From assembly GCA_965216755.1 (NCBI GenBank), contig CBDCGL010000011.1, forward strand, positions 2,400,001 to 2,464,000: a stretch of 64,000 nt of DNA, written 5' to 3'. Below are positions 20,461 through 29,555 of this stretch, one piece after another. How positions within the stretch are numbered: the stretch's first letter is position 1; each line of letters begins with the position of its first letter. The notes beneath the pieces are model-generated. The model was not told where the DNA came from, searched no databases, and worked only from the letters and a program-made list of their open reading frames with translations. Source of the DNA: Alphaproteobacteria bacterium (GTDB lineage: Bacteria; Pseudomonadota; Alphaproteobacteria; UBA7887). Position numbers and translations under genes: made by a program.

Positions 20461-21435
20461 ATGCAAAAAATGTCTACAGCTACATCGAAGATTCGTGCCG
20501 GACTCGACGCGCACGAACGCGCAAAGTCTGGCGGAACTTTCAATCTGTCCAATCTTGCTGGCGCACCTGCCAGTGTTTCCGACCTGAACGATCTCGCGAA
20601 CAAGGCGACCGCCAAGAGGGATCGCCTCAAGGTCCTGGCCGAGTCGATCAACGCTGCGGTCGAAAAGTACAAGACGCAGAAGACGGTGGAGTATGCCGAG
20701 CTTGGCCGCATTCGCGACGGCAATCTTGTCACCGATACTTTGGGCGAAACCCGCAGGCGGGCGATGCTCGAACGCGAAGTGGCGAAGTTCACTCGCGATG
20801 CCCGCAAGGTTTCGGCGGACGAACGTTCGCGGCTCTTGTCTGAGCTCCACGATATTACGTCAAAGATTGCCGCTGTCCGCGACTCCTGGTCGGACCCGGT
20901 TGCGGTCCTGATGCGTCGAACGCTCGCAGACGCCAAGCGCGGTGTCTATGCGCAGAACCTTGCATCCGCTGGCCCCGTGGCCGTCGAAGACGCATTGCGT
21001 GACGCGGTGATCGGCAGAAACGCAGCGTTGGCGGCGGCTGCGCTCGATAGGCTGTCGGCCATGTCAAAGGATCAGGCGAAGTCGGTTCGCTTCTCCAAGC
21101 GCGACGTAGCCGAAAGTCTGGTTGCAGAGGAGTGGACCAAGGCGCGCGCTTTAATCGCCATGGTGGACCTTGCGACCGAGGAGTCTGAACTTGCCCAGGC
21201 TCAGGCCGAAGGCAGCCGCGACACGGCCAAGATGCTTATGCGTGTTGGTCGGTTGCGTAACGAACTCAGTGCCCTCGTGCCCGAACCTGCATCCCTGCCG
21301 GATGATGCCAAGCCGAGCAACCCTAAGCCCGGCATCTTGTCGAGTGAGGATTGGGAAAAGAATCTGAACGCTCGCTACCCCGCCCTGCCGGTGCCGAACA
21401 ATGTGCAAGTGATTGGTGGAGGCGGCAATGAGTGA
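20461..21435 (+). CDS. Alpha-helical/coiled-coil hypothetical protein
   Basis: 324-aa Ala/Arg/Glu-rich ORF with Pro-rich tail. Confidence 0.7.
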   Translation: MQKMSTATSKIRAGLDAHERAKSGGTFNLSNLAGAPASVSDLNDLANKATAKRDRLKVLAESINAAVEKYKTQKTVEYAELGRIRDGNLVTDTLGETRRRAMLEREVAKFTRDARKVSADERSRLLSELHDITSKIAAVRDSWSDPVAVLMRRTLADAKRGVYAQNLASAGPVAVEDALRDAVIGRNAALAAAALDRLSAMSKDQAKSVRFSKRDVAESLVAEEWTKARALIAMVDLATEESELAQAQAEGSRDTAKMLMRVGRLRNELSALVPEPASLPDDAKPSNPKPGILSSEDWEKNLNARYPALPVPNNVQVIGGGGNE

Positions 21436-21658
21436 CCCCGATTTCACCCGTGATGATGTTCGGACTTGGCTCGCCCGTCGCCCCGGCACGTTCGAGCAGG
21501 ACTCGGAGCGGCGGTGCTGGCGCGCGGCGTGGGAGCATTTCAATGACGCCCACTATCCGGTGGGTCACGATGTTGAGTTCATGATGATCGTCGAGGATTT
21601 GGGATTTGGCGTGCGGCCCACAGCCTTGGGCGGATTCATTCTCGACAAGGTGACATGA
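21428..21658 (+). CDS. Small hypothetical protein
   Basis: Overlaps stop of upstream gene; GGAGG RBS. Confidence 0.55.
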   Translation: MSDPDFTRDDVRTWLARRPGTFEQDSERRCWRAAWEHFNDAHYPVGHDVEFMMIVEDLGFGVRPTALGGFILDKVT

Positions 21659-22014
21659 GTTCGGCGGTGGGGATCACTAGCTCACTTCGCCGCCATGGGT
21701 GTCCGACTGGCGCTAGCGGTCGGACTCCCTCCAACTCCCCAAGTGGCGATATTGGGCGTGCTGATCGCATGGCCTACAGCGAGAGTGCGCGCAATGCTGC
21801 TGTGGCGAAGGCCGCCGACTAGACGGCTGCGCGGGCCGAACGTTTGGGAACGACTCCCGAGGCGATCCTGGAAGCGATCCAGGACGCGCATGGTTGCCGG
21901 AACAGATTGAGCGCGTGACGAGTCGCTATGTGCTGGAAGGAAGTCCGCCTCCATTGGAGGGCGTTCCGGCTTGGGTTGATAGGGAGATTGAGCGAAACGC
22001 GAGGCGATGGCGGC

Positions 22015-22884
22015 TTAGTAGTCGGGAGTCCAGTTACGTTGAATCTCGCGCAACTTCGCACGGTCAACTTTCCTTAGACCGAGACACAGCGACCAGAGTG
22101 GGAAGGACCAGTCATCTCGTATAGACCGGTTGCCTTTCTCATCATCGATGGCGAGTAGCCCCCTCGACTCCAAAGTTTCGAGAGTCTGCCAGTTCAACCC
22201 CTCCAATTCGTCCTTAGTAGTCTCCAGCTTTACCTCGACTGGTCGCCAGACTTCCGCAACAACAGCCAGTCCCTCATGCGTTGTCATCCCGGCTTGTTGC
22301 ATTGCGATGATCAGGCGAATCGCAGGTGACGTCCAATAGAAGGGCAAACGATCGATGATCGGGTGGTGCCAGTACCTTCCCGCTTCGTCGTTTCCTTCCC
22401 GAACATAGCCAACATAAAGATCGTCTTCTCTCCGCTGTGTGATGCGGTTTGGGAAAATCCAATCCACGTCTACCGGACCGTCAAGGTAATACTGCTCCCG
22501 TGCGTCATCTATGTGCCGCGTGATCTCAGCAAAGTTCGCGGGGCTCAATCCGGTAACGTCGACATAAATGCCCTTCGCTAAATGGCTGTAGAAGTAGCTT
22601 AGTGTCCGTGCTTTTTGCTTTGATTTCGCTGGTGGGCACCGCACGGCGTCAATGAGAATGAGAGCCTTAGCGGCTTCCTCCTCCGCAAGGTTGCCGATGA
22701 TCCTTGCGGCGTGGTGGTCGTCACTCTTACTTAGTTTCTGGGCTGCCGCGTCCAGGCGATTTGCGCACTCGACTATGAGAGACGTACCCTCAGCGACTTC
22801 CTTGAAAAGGTCAGCGTCCTTTAGCTGGCACAAATCCTTAATAGCGCGTTCCATCCGGCGTGATCCCAATGTGTGATTCGCCAC
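22015..22884 (-). CDS. AbiV-like (HEPN) abortive infection protein
   Basis: LAEEEAAKALILID and FYSHLAK motifs, later RE..LYV. Confidence 0.7.
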   Translation of the reverse strand: MANHTLGSRRMERAIKDLCQLKDADLFKEVAEGTSLIVECANRLDAAAQKLSKSDDHHAARIIGNLAEEEAAKALILIDAVRCPPAKSKQKARTLSYFYSHLAKGIYVDVTGLSPANFAEITRHIDDAREQYYLDGPVDVDWIFPNRITQRREDDLYVGYVREGNDEAGRYWHHPIIDRLPFYWTSPAIRLIIAMQQAGMTTHEGLAVVAEVWRPVEVKLETTKDELEGLNWQTLETLESRGLLAIDDEKGNRSIRDDWSFPLWSLCLGLRKVDRAKLREIQRNWTPDY

Positions 22885-23054
22885 GACGGCGTGCGGTCAT
22901 CTCAAGACGCCACGTCGTCAGCCCCTACATCGCAGCGATTTTGACTGGCGTCACCGCTTTGGCCTGAACTGCGTTGGCCGTTGCTTCTATACAGTCCATT
23001 CCAGGGCCCATTTAGGAAACTTGGCCCGTGTGACACTGCGCCGAAGTGATGGTC

Positions 23055-23576
23055 TCAATCTGACCATTGAAACTCCCTCGACTCATCTTCATCGACGAAA
23101 CTGTCTTTATCGAGGTTCTGGGTGTAGATGATGAGGTTTTTGCAGTCGTATCGCGCGGACGGCACAATTAAGCCGTCACAGCCCAGGTAATTTAGCGCAT
23201 CAGAAATCCCTTGGGTGCGCGAATAGTCTCGATTTTGATAGTCTGCTTGGCGTACACCGAGTTTTTCAAGGTCCTCGAAACTAAGTTCGACGACGCGCTT
23301 CAAGCGGACCTTTAGTTTCCAGTTTAGGGCCTTCCTGTCGGGCCGTTGCTCGAACAGCGACCAAAATGTTTCGAACTCTGCGTCAGCCCCTTCGGCCATG
23401 AACGACGTATTGAGGACTTCGAACTCGCTATCCGGACTATTCCAACGACCACGCTTTCCGTTACTACCTTGGAGGGGGCTCTTGTCAGCCCAGACAACTC
23501 GATTGGTGTCTCCCTCAAAGGGTCTTTGGGGGCAACTCTCTAGCTGCTCCAATAAGCCGGGATCGCGCTCCAACAT
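23055..23576 (-). CDS. RES-domain toxin (putative NAD+ phosphorylase / ADP-ribosyltransferase fold)
   Basis: GRWN...LNTS, AEF, GLIVPSAR, NLIIY. Confidence 0.85.
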   Translation of the reverse strand: MLERDPGLLEQLESCPQRPFEGDTNRVVWADKSPLQGSNGKRGRWNSPDSEFEVLNTSFMAEGADAEFETFWSLFEQRPDRKALNWKLKVRLKRVVELSFEDLEKLGVRQADYQNRDYSRTQGISDALNYLGCDGLIVPSARYDCKNLIIYTQNLDKDSFVDEDESREFQWSD

Positions 23577-23594
23577 GTCCCGGTAGACCTAACG

Positions 23595-23972
23595 CTATGT
23601 GTATGTGGGATCAGCCATTGCCTGAATGGCTTCCAAGACCTCCTCAATTCGACCTTCCTGTATTAGATCAGCAGGCCGAAGGCCGTTAAAATACTTGTGC
23701 CTAGAATACAGCCAAGCGCGCGCAGTCTTTGGGTCGGAATAAAACTCTGAGAGTCGCTCCACGATGTACTCTAGATCAACAAGAAGGCTTTCCTTGTTTG
23801 GCCGGGGATAGGCACGACCTTGGTTCCACCGGGAAACAGTCTCAGGCGTGGTCCCGAGCATATTCGCGACATCGACCCCACGAATTGCCGCCCGCCTCTC
23901 TAAAAGTTCCAGTTTTTCCGCGACCACGTTTCTTTCCGTGACCGCATCCCTTTCCGCGACTGCATTTGACAT
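23595..23972 (-). CDS. Xre/MbcA/ParS-type antitoxin (HTH + DUF2384-like)
   Basis: DVANMLGTTPETVSRW HTH; ARAWL...FNGLRPADLI. Confidence 0.85.
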   Translation of the reverse strand: MSNAVAERDAVTERNVVAEKLELLERRAAIRGVDVANMLGTTPETVSRWNQGRAYPRPNKESLLVDLEYIVERLSEFYSDPKTARAWLYSRHKYFNGLRPADLIQEGRIEEVLEAIQAMADPTYT

Positions 23973-24015
23973 TGTTAGCCTCCGATGGTTCCGCTTTCTA
24001 CAGGTGAGAACTCAA

Positions 24016-25299
24016 TCAACCGCGCGCCGCACGACGCTGAGGTATCTGCGAAAACGAAACTGCGCGGCTTTCTTGTACGAATTTCCCTAAGCCTACTCGA
24101 AGACGCTCCAGAACCTTCCTGTTCTCACTCATTCGCTTGGCCAAGTTTTCCTGAGCTTCGAGCGGCAGAGATTCCGAGAACACTGCCGCATCCGTTGCCG
24201 GACGAAGAGTTTCTTCCATGAAGCGCTGTGCGCGAAGCTGTTCGGGAATGGCACTAAGGCGTCGAATTTCACCCGACCGCTGGATGAGACTATGCCGAAC
24301 CGGGTTGTCCAGCATATCCTTCCAACCTTTTGGACAGCATATCTTTTCCCTACAGCCAAACCGGGATTTCGACCCATGCGCTCCAAAGAATGCTTCTGCC
24401 TCTTCCCTCTTCAGATGAATGTCCAAAGGAGCAATGTGGACCCTCGGAGCCCAAGTGAACCCATGGCTATTGGAGTTAGCGGGACGCGTCCATGAACTTG
24501 CGTTGAAACTCTCTTTTTGGGTGACGCCGTGGGAAATCCCTCCGACCGCGCCGAACGCCAATGCGCTAAGCCCGCGAAGTCCACCCATCATGTCTCCGAC
24601 GAGGGGCACACCAAGTAAATGAAACTCAGCAGCACCATTCACCAGATTTCTGACCGCAGCGTGAGTCACAGTTCCGCTCTGGGAAACTTTGATCCACAGG
24701 GAGTCGATGGGCAGCCCTCTCAACTTTTCGAGAATAATCTGACGTTCATCAACGGTTCGAAACGCTTCATACGACACGGCCAGGGAATAAAAGATCGGCA
24801 CATTCTTGGCACCCGCTCTATCCAGATACAGCCGTAGGTGCCTCGTGGATCGAACGTCAACTTCTAACCATGGGCTATTGGCGCTTTCGATAAAGTGAGT
24901 TGGGGCGAGAACTGCGGTGTAGCGCTGACCCACAACGTACTGAGCAATCGCGTCAGCAATCCGACGGGCACTTATATCATCGAAATCACCCGGCCCTTGC
25001 GGACGATCCAAGGCCCAAGGCAACGCGGACAACCGTTCATTGAAGCCGCCTATCGACCCTAGTTCCTGGGTTCGTGGATCGAGAATTGCGTCTCGGTTTC
25101 GCTCAATCATGAGATGATGCAATTCTGAGTGGCGGTCCTCATGAAGAGGATCGAAAACCACGCCATGTAGGCCAACAGAGCCACTAGCTACCGCGTCCGC
25201 AATTGCTCGATGGTCGATATAGGATGGGCGCACGTACCATCCCAGAGGTTCCGGAGCGGCCCGGACAGCCCGAGGGAACTGTGCTTGTGATGCTGACAT
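24016..25299 (-). CDS. Uncharacterised 427-aa protein, probable TIM barrel with a Cys/His cluster
   Basis: Alternating beta/alpha segments (GVVFDP, AILDP, VLAPTH, IFYSLAV, LWIKV, GGISHG); C-x4-CC...H near C-terminus. Confidence 0.6.
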   Translation of the reverse strand: MSASQAQFPRAVRAAPEPLGWYVRPSYIDHRAIADAVASGSVGLHGVVFDPLHEDRHSELHHLMIERNRDAILDPRTQELGSIGGFNERLSALPWALDRPQGPGDFDDISARRIADAIAQYVVGQRYTAVLAPTHFIESANSPWLEVDVRSTRHLRLYLDRAGAKNVPIFYSLAVSYEAFRTVDERQIILEKLRGLPIDSLWIKVSQSGTVTHAAVRNLVNGAAEFHLLGVPLVGDMMGGLRGLSALAFGAVGGISHGVTQKESFNASSWTRPANSNSHGFTWAPRVHIAPLDIHLKREEAEAFFGAHGSKSRFGCREKICCPKGWKDMLDNPVRHSLIQRSGEIRRLSAIPEQLRAQRFMEETLRPATDAAVFSESLPLEAQENLAKRMSENRKVLERLRVGLGKFVQESRAVSFSQIPQRRAARG

Positions 25300-25343
25300 C
25301 TACGGTCTCCACGGCATTATGCCATGACATATTGATCGACAGA

Positions 25344-25373
25344 AACATAGACGAAAAGATTGACGTTGTCAAT
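25344..25373 (-). promoter_or_regulatory. sigma70 promoter with overlapping palindromic operator
   Basis: Minus-strand TTGACA(25372-25367)-17 bp-TATGTT(25349-25344); palindrome ATTGAC-GTT-GTCAAT at 25359-25373. Confidence 0.7.
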
Positions 25374-25443
25374 GACATTCTTGGTGGGGCGTAGAGACCG
25401 GTCACGTCTACGGAATGCGACGCGATAAAGGTAAACAGGGTTG

Positions 25444-25469
25444 AGTCTGTGCTCCGAGTCTGTGCTACC
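25444..25469 (+). repeat. Probable integrase arm-type sites (right)
   Basis: AGTCTGTGCTCCG-AGTCTGTGCTACC, matching 11128-11153. Confidence 0.75.
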
Positions 25470-25530
25470 ATTGGTCAAAAAGGCGCAGAAATCAGGGATT
25501 TTAGGCGTTTCAGGGTCCTACCGGGTCCCC

Positions 25531-25547
25531 TCCCCCTGGGGACGCCA
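25531..25547 (+). repeat. attR core
   Basis: TCCCCCTGGGGACGCCA duplicate of tRNA-Glu 3' end. Confidence 0.95.
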
Positions 25548-25612
25548 GACAATTCAATTAGTTAACACTTCGGCACTCAAATCTTCGGTAATATTTCGGT
25601 ATTATCGGTCGC

Positions 25613-25969
25613 ATGGGCGTGAGAACGACGACGCGTTTGACGGCGTTAGACGCTGCCGCTTCCGACCGACCAATGGCTGCCCTGCCAACCCTCGAACGCG
25701 AACTCCACGGGTGCCTCATCGAATACGAGGCGTTGTCAGAGGCATGGCCGCGCGGCCGGACCGCGATGGAGCGCTATCGGATCGGCAAGAAAGTCGACGC
25801 GGCGTTGAAGCGGATCGCGGAGCTCGAGGCCGCTATCGCCGGCGCCAAAGCCATGACGCTCGAAGATGCCGCGGTCCAGCTGCGCCGGGTACTGGCCAGG
25901 CTGGATGACGCCTCGCTCGAGGCGCTCGTGATGTCGGCGTTGGGGGCGGTTGAGGCGGCTGGCGGGTAG
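25613..25969 (+). CDS. Hypothetical helical protein
   Basis: 118-aa ORF with high-GC codon pattern. Confidence 0.5.
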   Translation: MGVRTTTRLTALDAAASDRPMAALPTLERELHGCLIEYEALSEAWPRGRTAMERYRIGKKVDAALKRIAELEAAIAGAKAMTLEDAAVQLRRVLARLDDASLEALVMSALGAVEAAGG

Positions 25970-26021
25970 CGCGCCAGACTGTTGTCCGGTATCTTTCGAC
26001 CTTGAAACCTGGATACGGCGT

Positions 26022-26480
26022 ATGGGCTCACCAGAAAGCGTTTATGATTCACGGGCGGTAGCTAACTATTTGATCAAGCGAGCCGTTGAGCGCGGCATAT
26101 CGGTTGATCCACTAAAACTCATGAAGCTTGTGTACCTCGCTCACAGTTGGACCCTGGGGCTTCTCGAGCGCCCGTTGCTGAGCGACGATATTGAAGCTTG
26201 GCAATACGGCCCCGTCATTAGGCGTTTGTACAGCTGCATTGCAGGAAGTCGGCAAACAATATCGGAGCCTGTCTCCGCGCACCGGGCCCGCCTATCGGAC
26301 CAAGAAGCTCATATTGTTGACCAAGTCCTTGATAAATACGGGCCGCTCAGCGGCGTGCAGCTTTCGGCTTTGACCCATCGCGCTGGCACGCCGTGGGACA
26401 TCACCTGGCGCGCCTATGGAAAAAACGCCGTGATACCGCAAGATTTGATTGAACGGCACTTTAGGTCACTGGCGAACTAG
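26022..26480 (+). CDS. Panacea-domain (DUF4065/SocA/GepA) antitoxin
   Basis: VANYLI, LKLMKLVYLAH, IEAWQYGPVI, LSALTH...TPW. Confidence 0.9.
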   Translation: MGSPESVYDSRAVANYLIKRAVERGISVDPLKLMKLVYLAHSWTLGLLERPLLSDDIEAWQYGPVIRRLYSCIAGSRQTISEPVSAHRARLSDQEAHIVDQVLDKYGPLSGVQLSALTHRAGTPWDITWRAYGKNAVIPQDLIERHFRSLAN

Positions 26481-26495
26481 GCTGAGGACACATCC

Positions 26496-26897
26496 GTGGC
26501 CAAGAACCAGGGCCCTGCCAGTTTCGACAATGATAAGCCCCTGGAGGTCCCCGGACCAACTGACATTCCAAAAGGCGGCGATAAGCTGGCAGAACGGGAG
26601 CTCCAGGCCCTCTGGTCGCACGAGCATCTTGTGGCCCCGGAATATTATGCTCGTCAGAAGCGCATCATTCGCGATAGCCAGCTTGAAGATGCTGTGCATT
26701 GGGCAGTGCGCTTATTCGTTAGATTCGTCGCTATGCTGTTGGTCATCGGTATTGGCGTTTGGGCATTTCATATCCTCGGCAAAGATAGCTGGCGTTGGTT
26801 ATCGCCTGAAGACGTCGCGGCCCTGCAGTCTCTGTTGTTCAGCGGAACAATTGGCACGTTGGCGGCGACGATTGGACACAAAGTGTTTCGTCGCTAA
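26496..26897 (+). CDS. Two-TM membrane protein, candidate Panacea-paired toxin
   Basis: 15 bp after Panacea stop; GAGG RBS; two hydrophobic segments. Confidence 0.6.
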   Translation: MAKNQGPASFDNDKPLEVPGPTDIPKGGDKLAERELQALWSHEHLVAPEYYARQKRIIRDSQLEDAVHWAVRLFVRFVAMLLVIGIGVWAFHILGKDSWRWLSPEDVAALQSLLFSGTIGTLAATIGHKVFRR

Positions 26898-26984
26898 CTG
26901 ATCGCATGCCCCGCCCGGAGTAGGTGCAATTTCGCGACTGGTGCTATCGGCATGTGTGAGCCAAGCATTACGGGTGAGAACGCT

Positions 26985-28406
26985 ATGACGTTTGAGGATC
27001 AGGACAGACCGCGTTTTGTCTGCCATGCCTGCATCGGTGATGCATACTTGAGGGCAGAAATCAAAGCCGAAGGATCACCACGCAAATGTATGGTCTGTGC
27101 AAAGCGCAGGAAGGCGATGGCATTCGACGAGCTGTGCGATCGCGTCCACCTTGTCGTTAGCGAAGAGTTTTGTCCGACCGCGAGCGAGCCCGATAGCTGG
27201 GCCGCATACAGCGAATTTGGGCGGGAACGCGAAGGCGATCCGATTGAGGAAATCCTCTACGAAATTGTGAATTCCAACGAAGAACTAATCCTGGCGCTGA
27301 AGAACCAATTGTCCAATTCACATTTCTCTTTCGACGATGCCGCCGCGGGTGAAGAAGATCCCTATGGCGACGAAGTTCACTACGTTTTACGCGAGCCGAA
27401 CGACTACGAGCTGCTCGATGCGTGGTCAGTATTCCAGGAAGAAATCCGAACCCGAGCGCGATTCTTCAGTCAGAACGCGCAGTCAGTACTTGACGGTATA
27501 TTCAGCGACCTGGATCGCTTCCGCACAGGAGAGCGCGCTTTGATTCGGCATGCTGGCCCGGGCACATCGACAGTGTTCTTCTATAGGGCGCGCCGCGCCT
27601 TCACTGATCATGATATTGCCCGCATCGTCGAGCATCCGGCGCGGGAACTAGGCGCGCCACCATCGCGGTCTGCAGGCAGCGGCCGCATGAATCCGCGCTG
27701 GATTCCGATGTTTTACGGTGCGCTGGATGCCGACACATGTATCGCCGAGGTCCGGGCACCGGTTGGCAGCTCAGTCGTAATCGGCAAATTCAAGATTATT
27801 CGCCCCCTGCAACTGCTCGATCTCGGCGCGCTCCGGGATCTCACCGTGGAACAAACGAGCTTTTTTGATCCAGCGTTCCGCCGTCTGCGGGACAAGGCTC
27901 TCTTTCTCAAGCGGCTCGTCTGGATCATGAGTCGCCCTGTTATGCCGCACGACGAAGACTTTCAGTATCTCCCGACGCAGGCCGCCGCCGAGTATCTCTC
28001 GGAGATGATGGAGCCCAAACTAGACGGCCTGATTTTCCCATCGTCGCAGCGAGGTGGTCCCGGAGAGAACATGGTGCTCTTCCGACGCGCCTCGATTGTT
28101 AAGCCCGATGGCTCCGACGACATGGATCTCCGTACGGATTTCGGATGGACGTCAGAGGACGATGCGGACTTGGATATCATGGTCTTCGCGAAGGAAAAGG
28201 CGAAAGAACCTACAAAAGTGGAACGGAAAGGGGTGTTTGTTTTTGACGATGACTGGACGGATCTCCCACCTAAGCCGGACGAATCGCCCGCCCTTCGGAT
28301 CGATCTCGATGCCATCCAGGTCTTGGAAATCCTAGCGGTCGAGTACCGCACTTGTCCTCGCCGCGTTCGCCGGGTCTCCGAACCAGCTGACGATTTACCT
28401 TTCTAG
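26985..28406 (+). CDS. Large RES-domain protein with Cys-rich (HEPN/RES NTD-like) N-terminus
   Basis: VCHAC..D..L and CMVC; FYRAR, GRMNP..IPMFY, AEVRAP, YLPTQ..AEY, IFPS. Confidence 0.85.
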   Translation: MTFEDQDRPRFVCHACIGDAYLRAEIKAEGSPRKCMVCAKRRKAMAFDELCDRVHLVVSEEFCPTASEPDSWAAYSEFGREREGDPIEEILYEIVNSNEELILALKNQLSNSHFSFDDAAAGEEDPYGDEVHYVLREPNDYELLDAWSVFQEEIRTRARFFSQNAQSVLDGIFSDLDRFRTGERALIRHAGPGTSTVFFYRARRAFTDHDIARIVEHPARELGAPPSRSAGSGRMNPRWIPMFYGALDADTCIAEVRAPVGSSVVIGKFKIIRPLQLLDLGALRDLTVEQTSFFDPAFRRLRDKALFLKRLVWIMSRPVMPHDEDFQYLPTQAAAEYLSEMMEPKLDGLIFPSSQRGGPGENMVLFRRASIVKPDGSDDMDLRTDFGWTSEDDADLDIMVFAKEKAKEPTKVERKGVFVFDDDWTDLPPKPDESPALRIDLDAIQVLEILAVEYRTCPRRVRRVSEPADDLPF

Positions 28407-28431
28407 TGGATCATTGAATTGCCTCATCGAT

Positions 28432-28467
28432 GAGAAAAGGGACGGAGGTCCTACTGCTCCGCCCCTG
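28432..28467 (-). terminator. Intrinsic terminator
   Basis: Minus strand AGGGGCGGAG-loop-CTCCGTCCCT followed by a T run, just after the 28485 stop. Confidence 0.55.
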
Positions 28468-28484
28468 TCACAGCTGCCCTATGA

Positions 28485-28940
28485 TCAAACCGGCCGCCAG
28501 ATCCACCTGTCGCCGGTCCTCGTATCGATTGCCGTCAAGCGCCGAATTCGTTGCTTGCGTGGAGCTAGCCGTTTGCGGAGTGCGCGGTCCTTTGCGTTGA
28601 GCTTGTACGCGTCGCCGCCTTCCGCTTCCGGTTCCCTGCCTTCGTCCGGTTCGTCTTGCAGATCCGATTCGCGGTCGTCGGTCTCGGCGCCAACCGCGGC
28701 CAGCATGTCGATTAGGTCGGCGTCGACCGGGACCAGCATGAATGGCCCGGCCGACGTCTCAAGCAAGTCGGCTGTCTCCGCAATCTGCATCAGCGCCCGC
28801 CGTTCCGTGGGTGCCAGTGCACCAATCACGAAGGCCAGTTGGTGACTACCCATTGCCGGCAAGGTGTCGTCGGCGCCACCGCGCTTGGGGATCAGGAAGT
28901 GGCGATCTGTGTCACGCTCGGTCATGACCCGTCTCCCCAA
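28485..28940 (-). CDS. Phage/island-type hypothetical protein
   Basis: 151-aa ORF with acidic DDRESDLQDEPDE patch. Confidence 0.5.
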   Translation of the reverse strand: MGRRVMTERDTDRHFLIPKRGGADDTLPAMGSHQLAFVIGALAPTERRALMQIAETADLLETSAGPFMLVPVDADLIDMLAAVGAETDDRESDLQDEPDEGREPEAEGGDAYKLNAKDRALRKRLAPRKQRIRRLTAIDTRTGDRWIWRPV

Positions 28941-29229
28941 GAGCGTTCGCGCAGGAACTGACCCAAATCCGGCGTCAGCGGCCGCGCGGCACCAAGCACC
29001 GCACGTGGCTTGAGATCCCTGAACGCGGACAGCGAGGCCGTATGAAAGCCGCGCTCGCCGCCGTCGAGGGTCATCGTTACCCGGTCACCCATGTGGTTCA
29101 CGCGATAAAGGCCAGGCGCGCGGCTATCCAGCTGAACACAGTACACACCGTCGCCCTGCCACCTGCCAGGTTCGCCGAGGAACGCGATCGTGTCGTGGCC
29201 GAGCGTCAGCACCGTGTTGCGGTCAGCAA
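28922..29229 (-). pseudogene. Probable 3' part of an island gene, fused in frame to an IS66 remnant
   Basis: ORF 28922-29287 continues directly from IS66-like sequence; no clear own start. Confidence 0.4.
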
Positions 29230-29500
29230 TCAGGAACGCGGCGACAAAGGCCGTGTTGGCCGTCGCGGGTATATGGCCGGCGAGCAAGACACTGTTGCGA
29301 TACAGGACGATCGGATGGGTGGTGAGCGCGACGACGTTATTGTCGATTTCAATCCAGCCGTCATCAAGGAGCGGCTGTAGGCCATACCAGTGTTTGGCGA
29401 TGGAGCCAAGCGCCTCACCAAGCCGGGATCACGGCAAGATGTGGGCGCGTCCTGGCGACTATCAACGCGCGATCGAGAGAGGCCGCGGCGAAACGATAAC
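29230..29500 (-). mobile_element. Degenerate IS66 transposase (TnpC) fragment
   Basis: Manual translation SRLGEALGSIAKHWYGLQPLLDDGWIEIDNNVV...HPIVLYRNSVLLAGH, preceded by an in-frame TGA. Confidence 0.75.
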
Positions 29501-29555
29501 TGCGCGCGGTCGGCAGGAAGGTTGGCGTACCACTCAAAATTCACCGACACAACGA

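Larger units (their letters stand above)
11051..25547. mobile_element. ~14.5 kb integrative element, phage-satellite (PICI-like) layout, inserted at the tRNA-Glu 3' end
   Basis: 17-bp direct repeat at both ends; integrase next to attL; HTH, primase-helicase, iteron cluster and TerS-like gene; no recognisable virion genes. Confidence 0.9.

Noticed and set aside
11051-25547. Complete prophage or conjugative element
   Set aside because: No recognisable capsid, portal, TerL, tail, lysis, relaxase or T4SS genes
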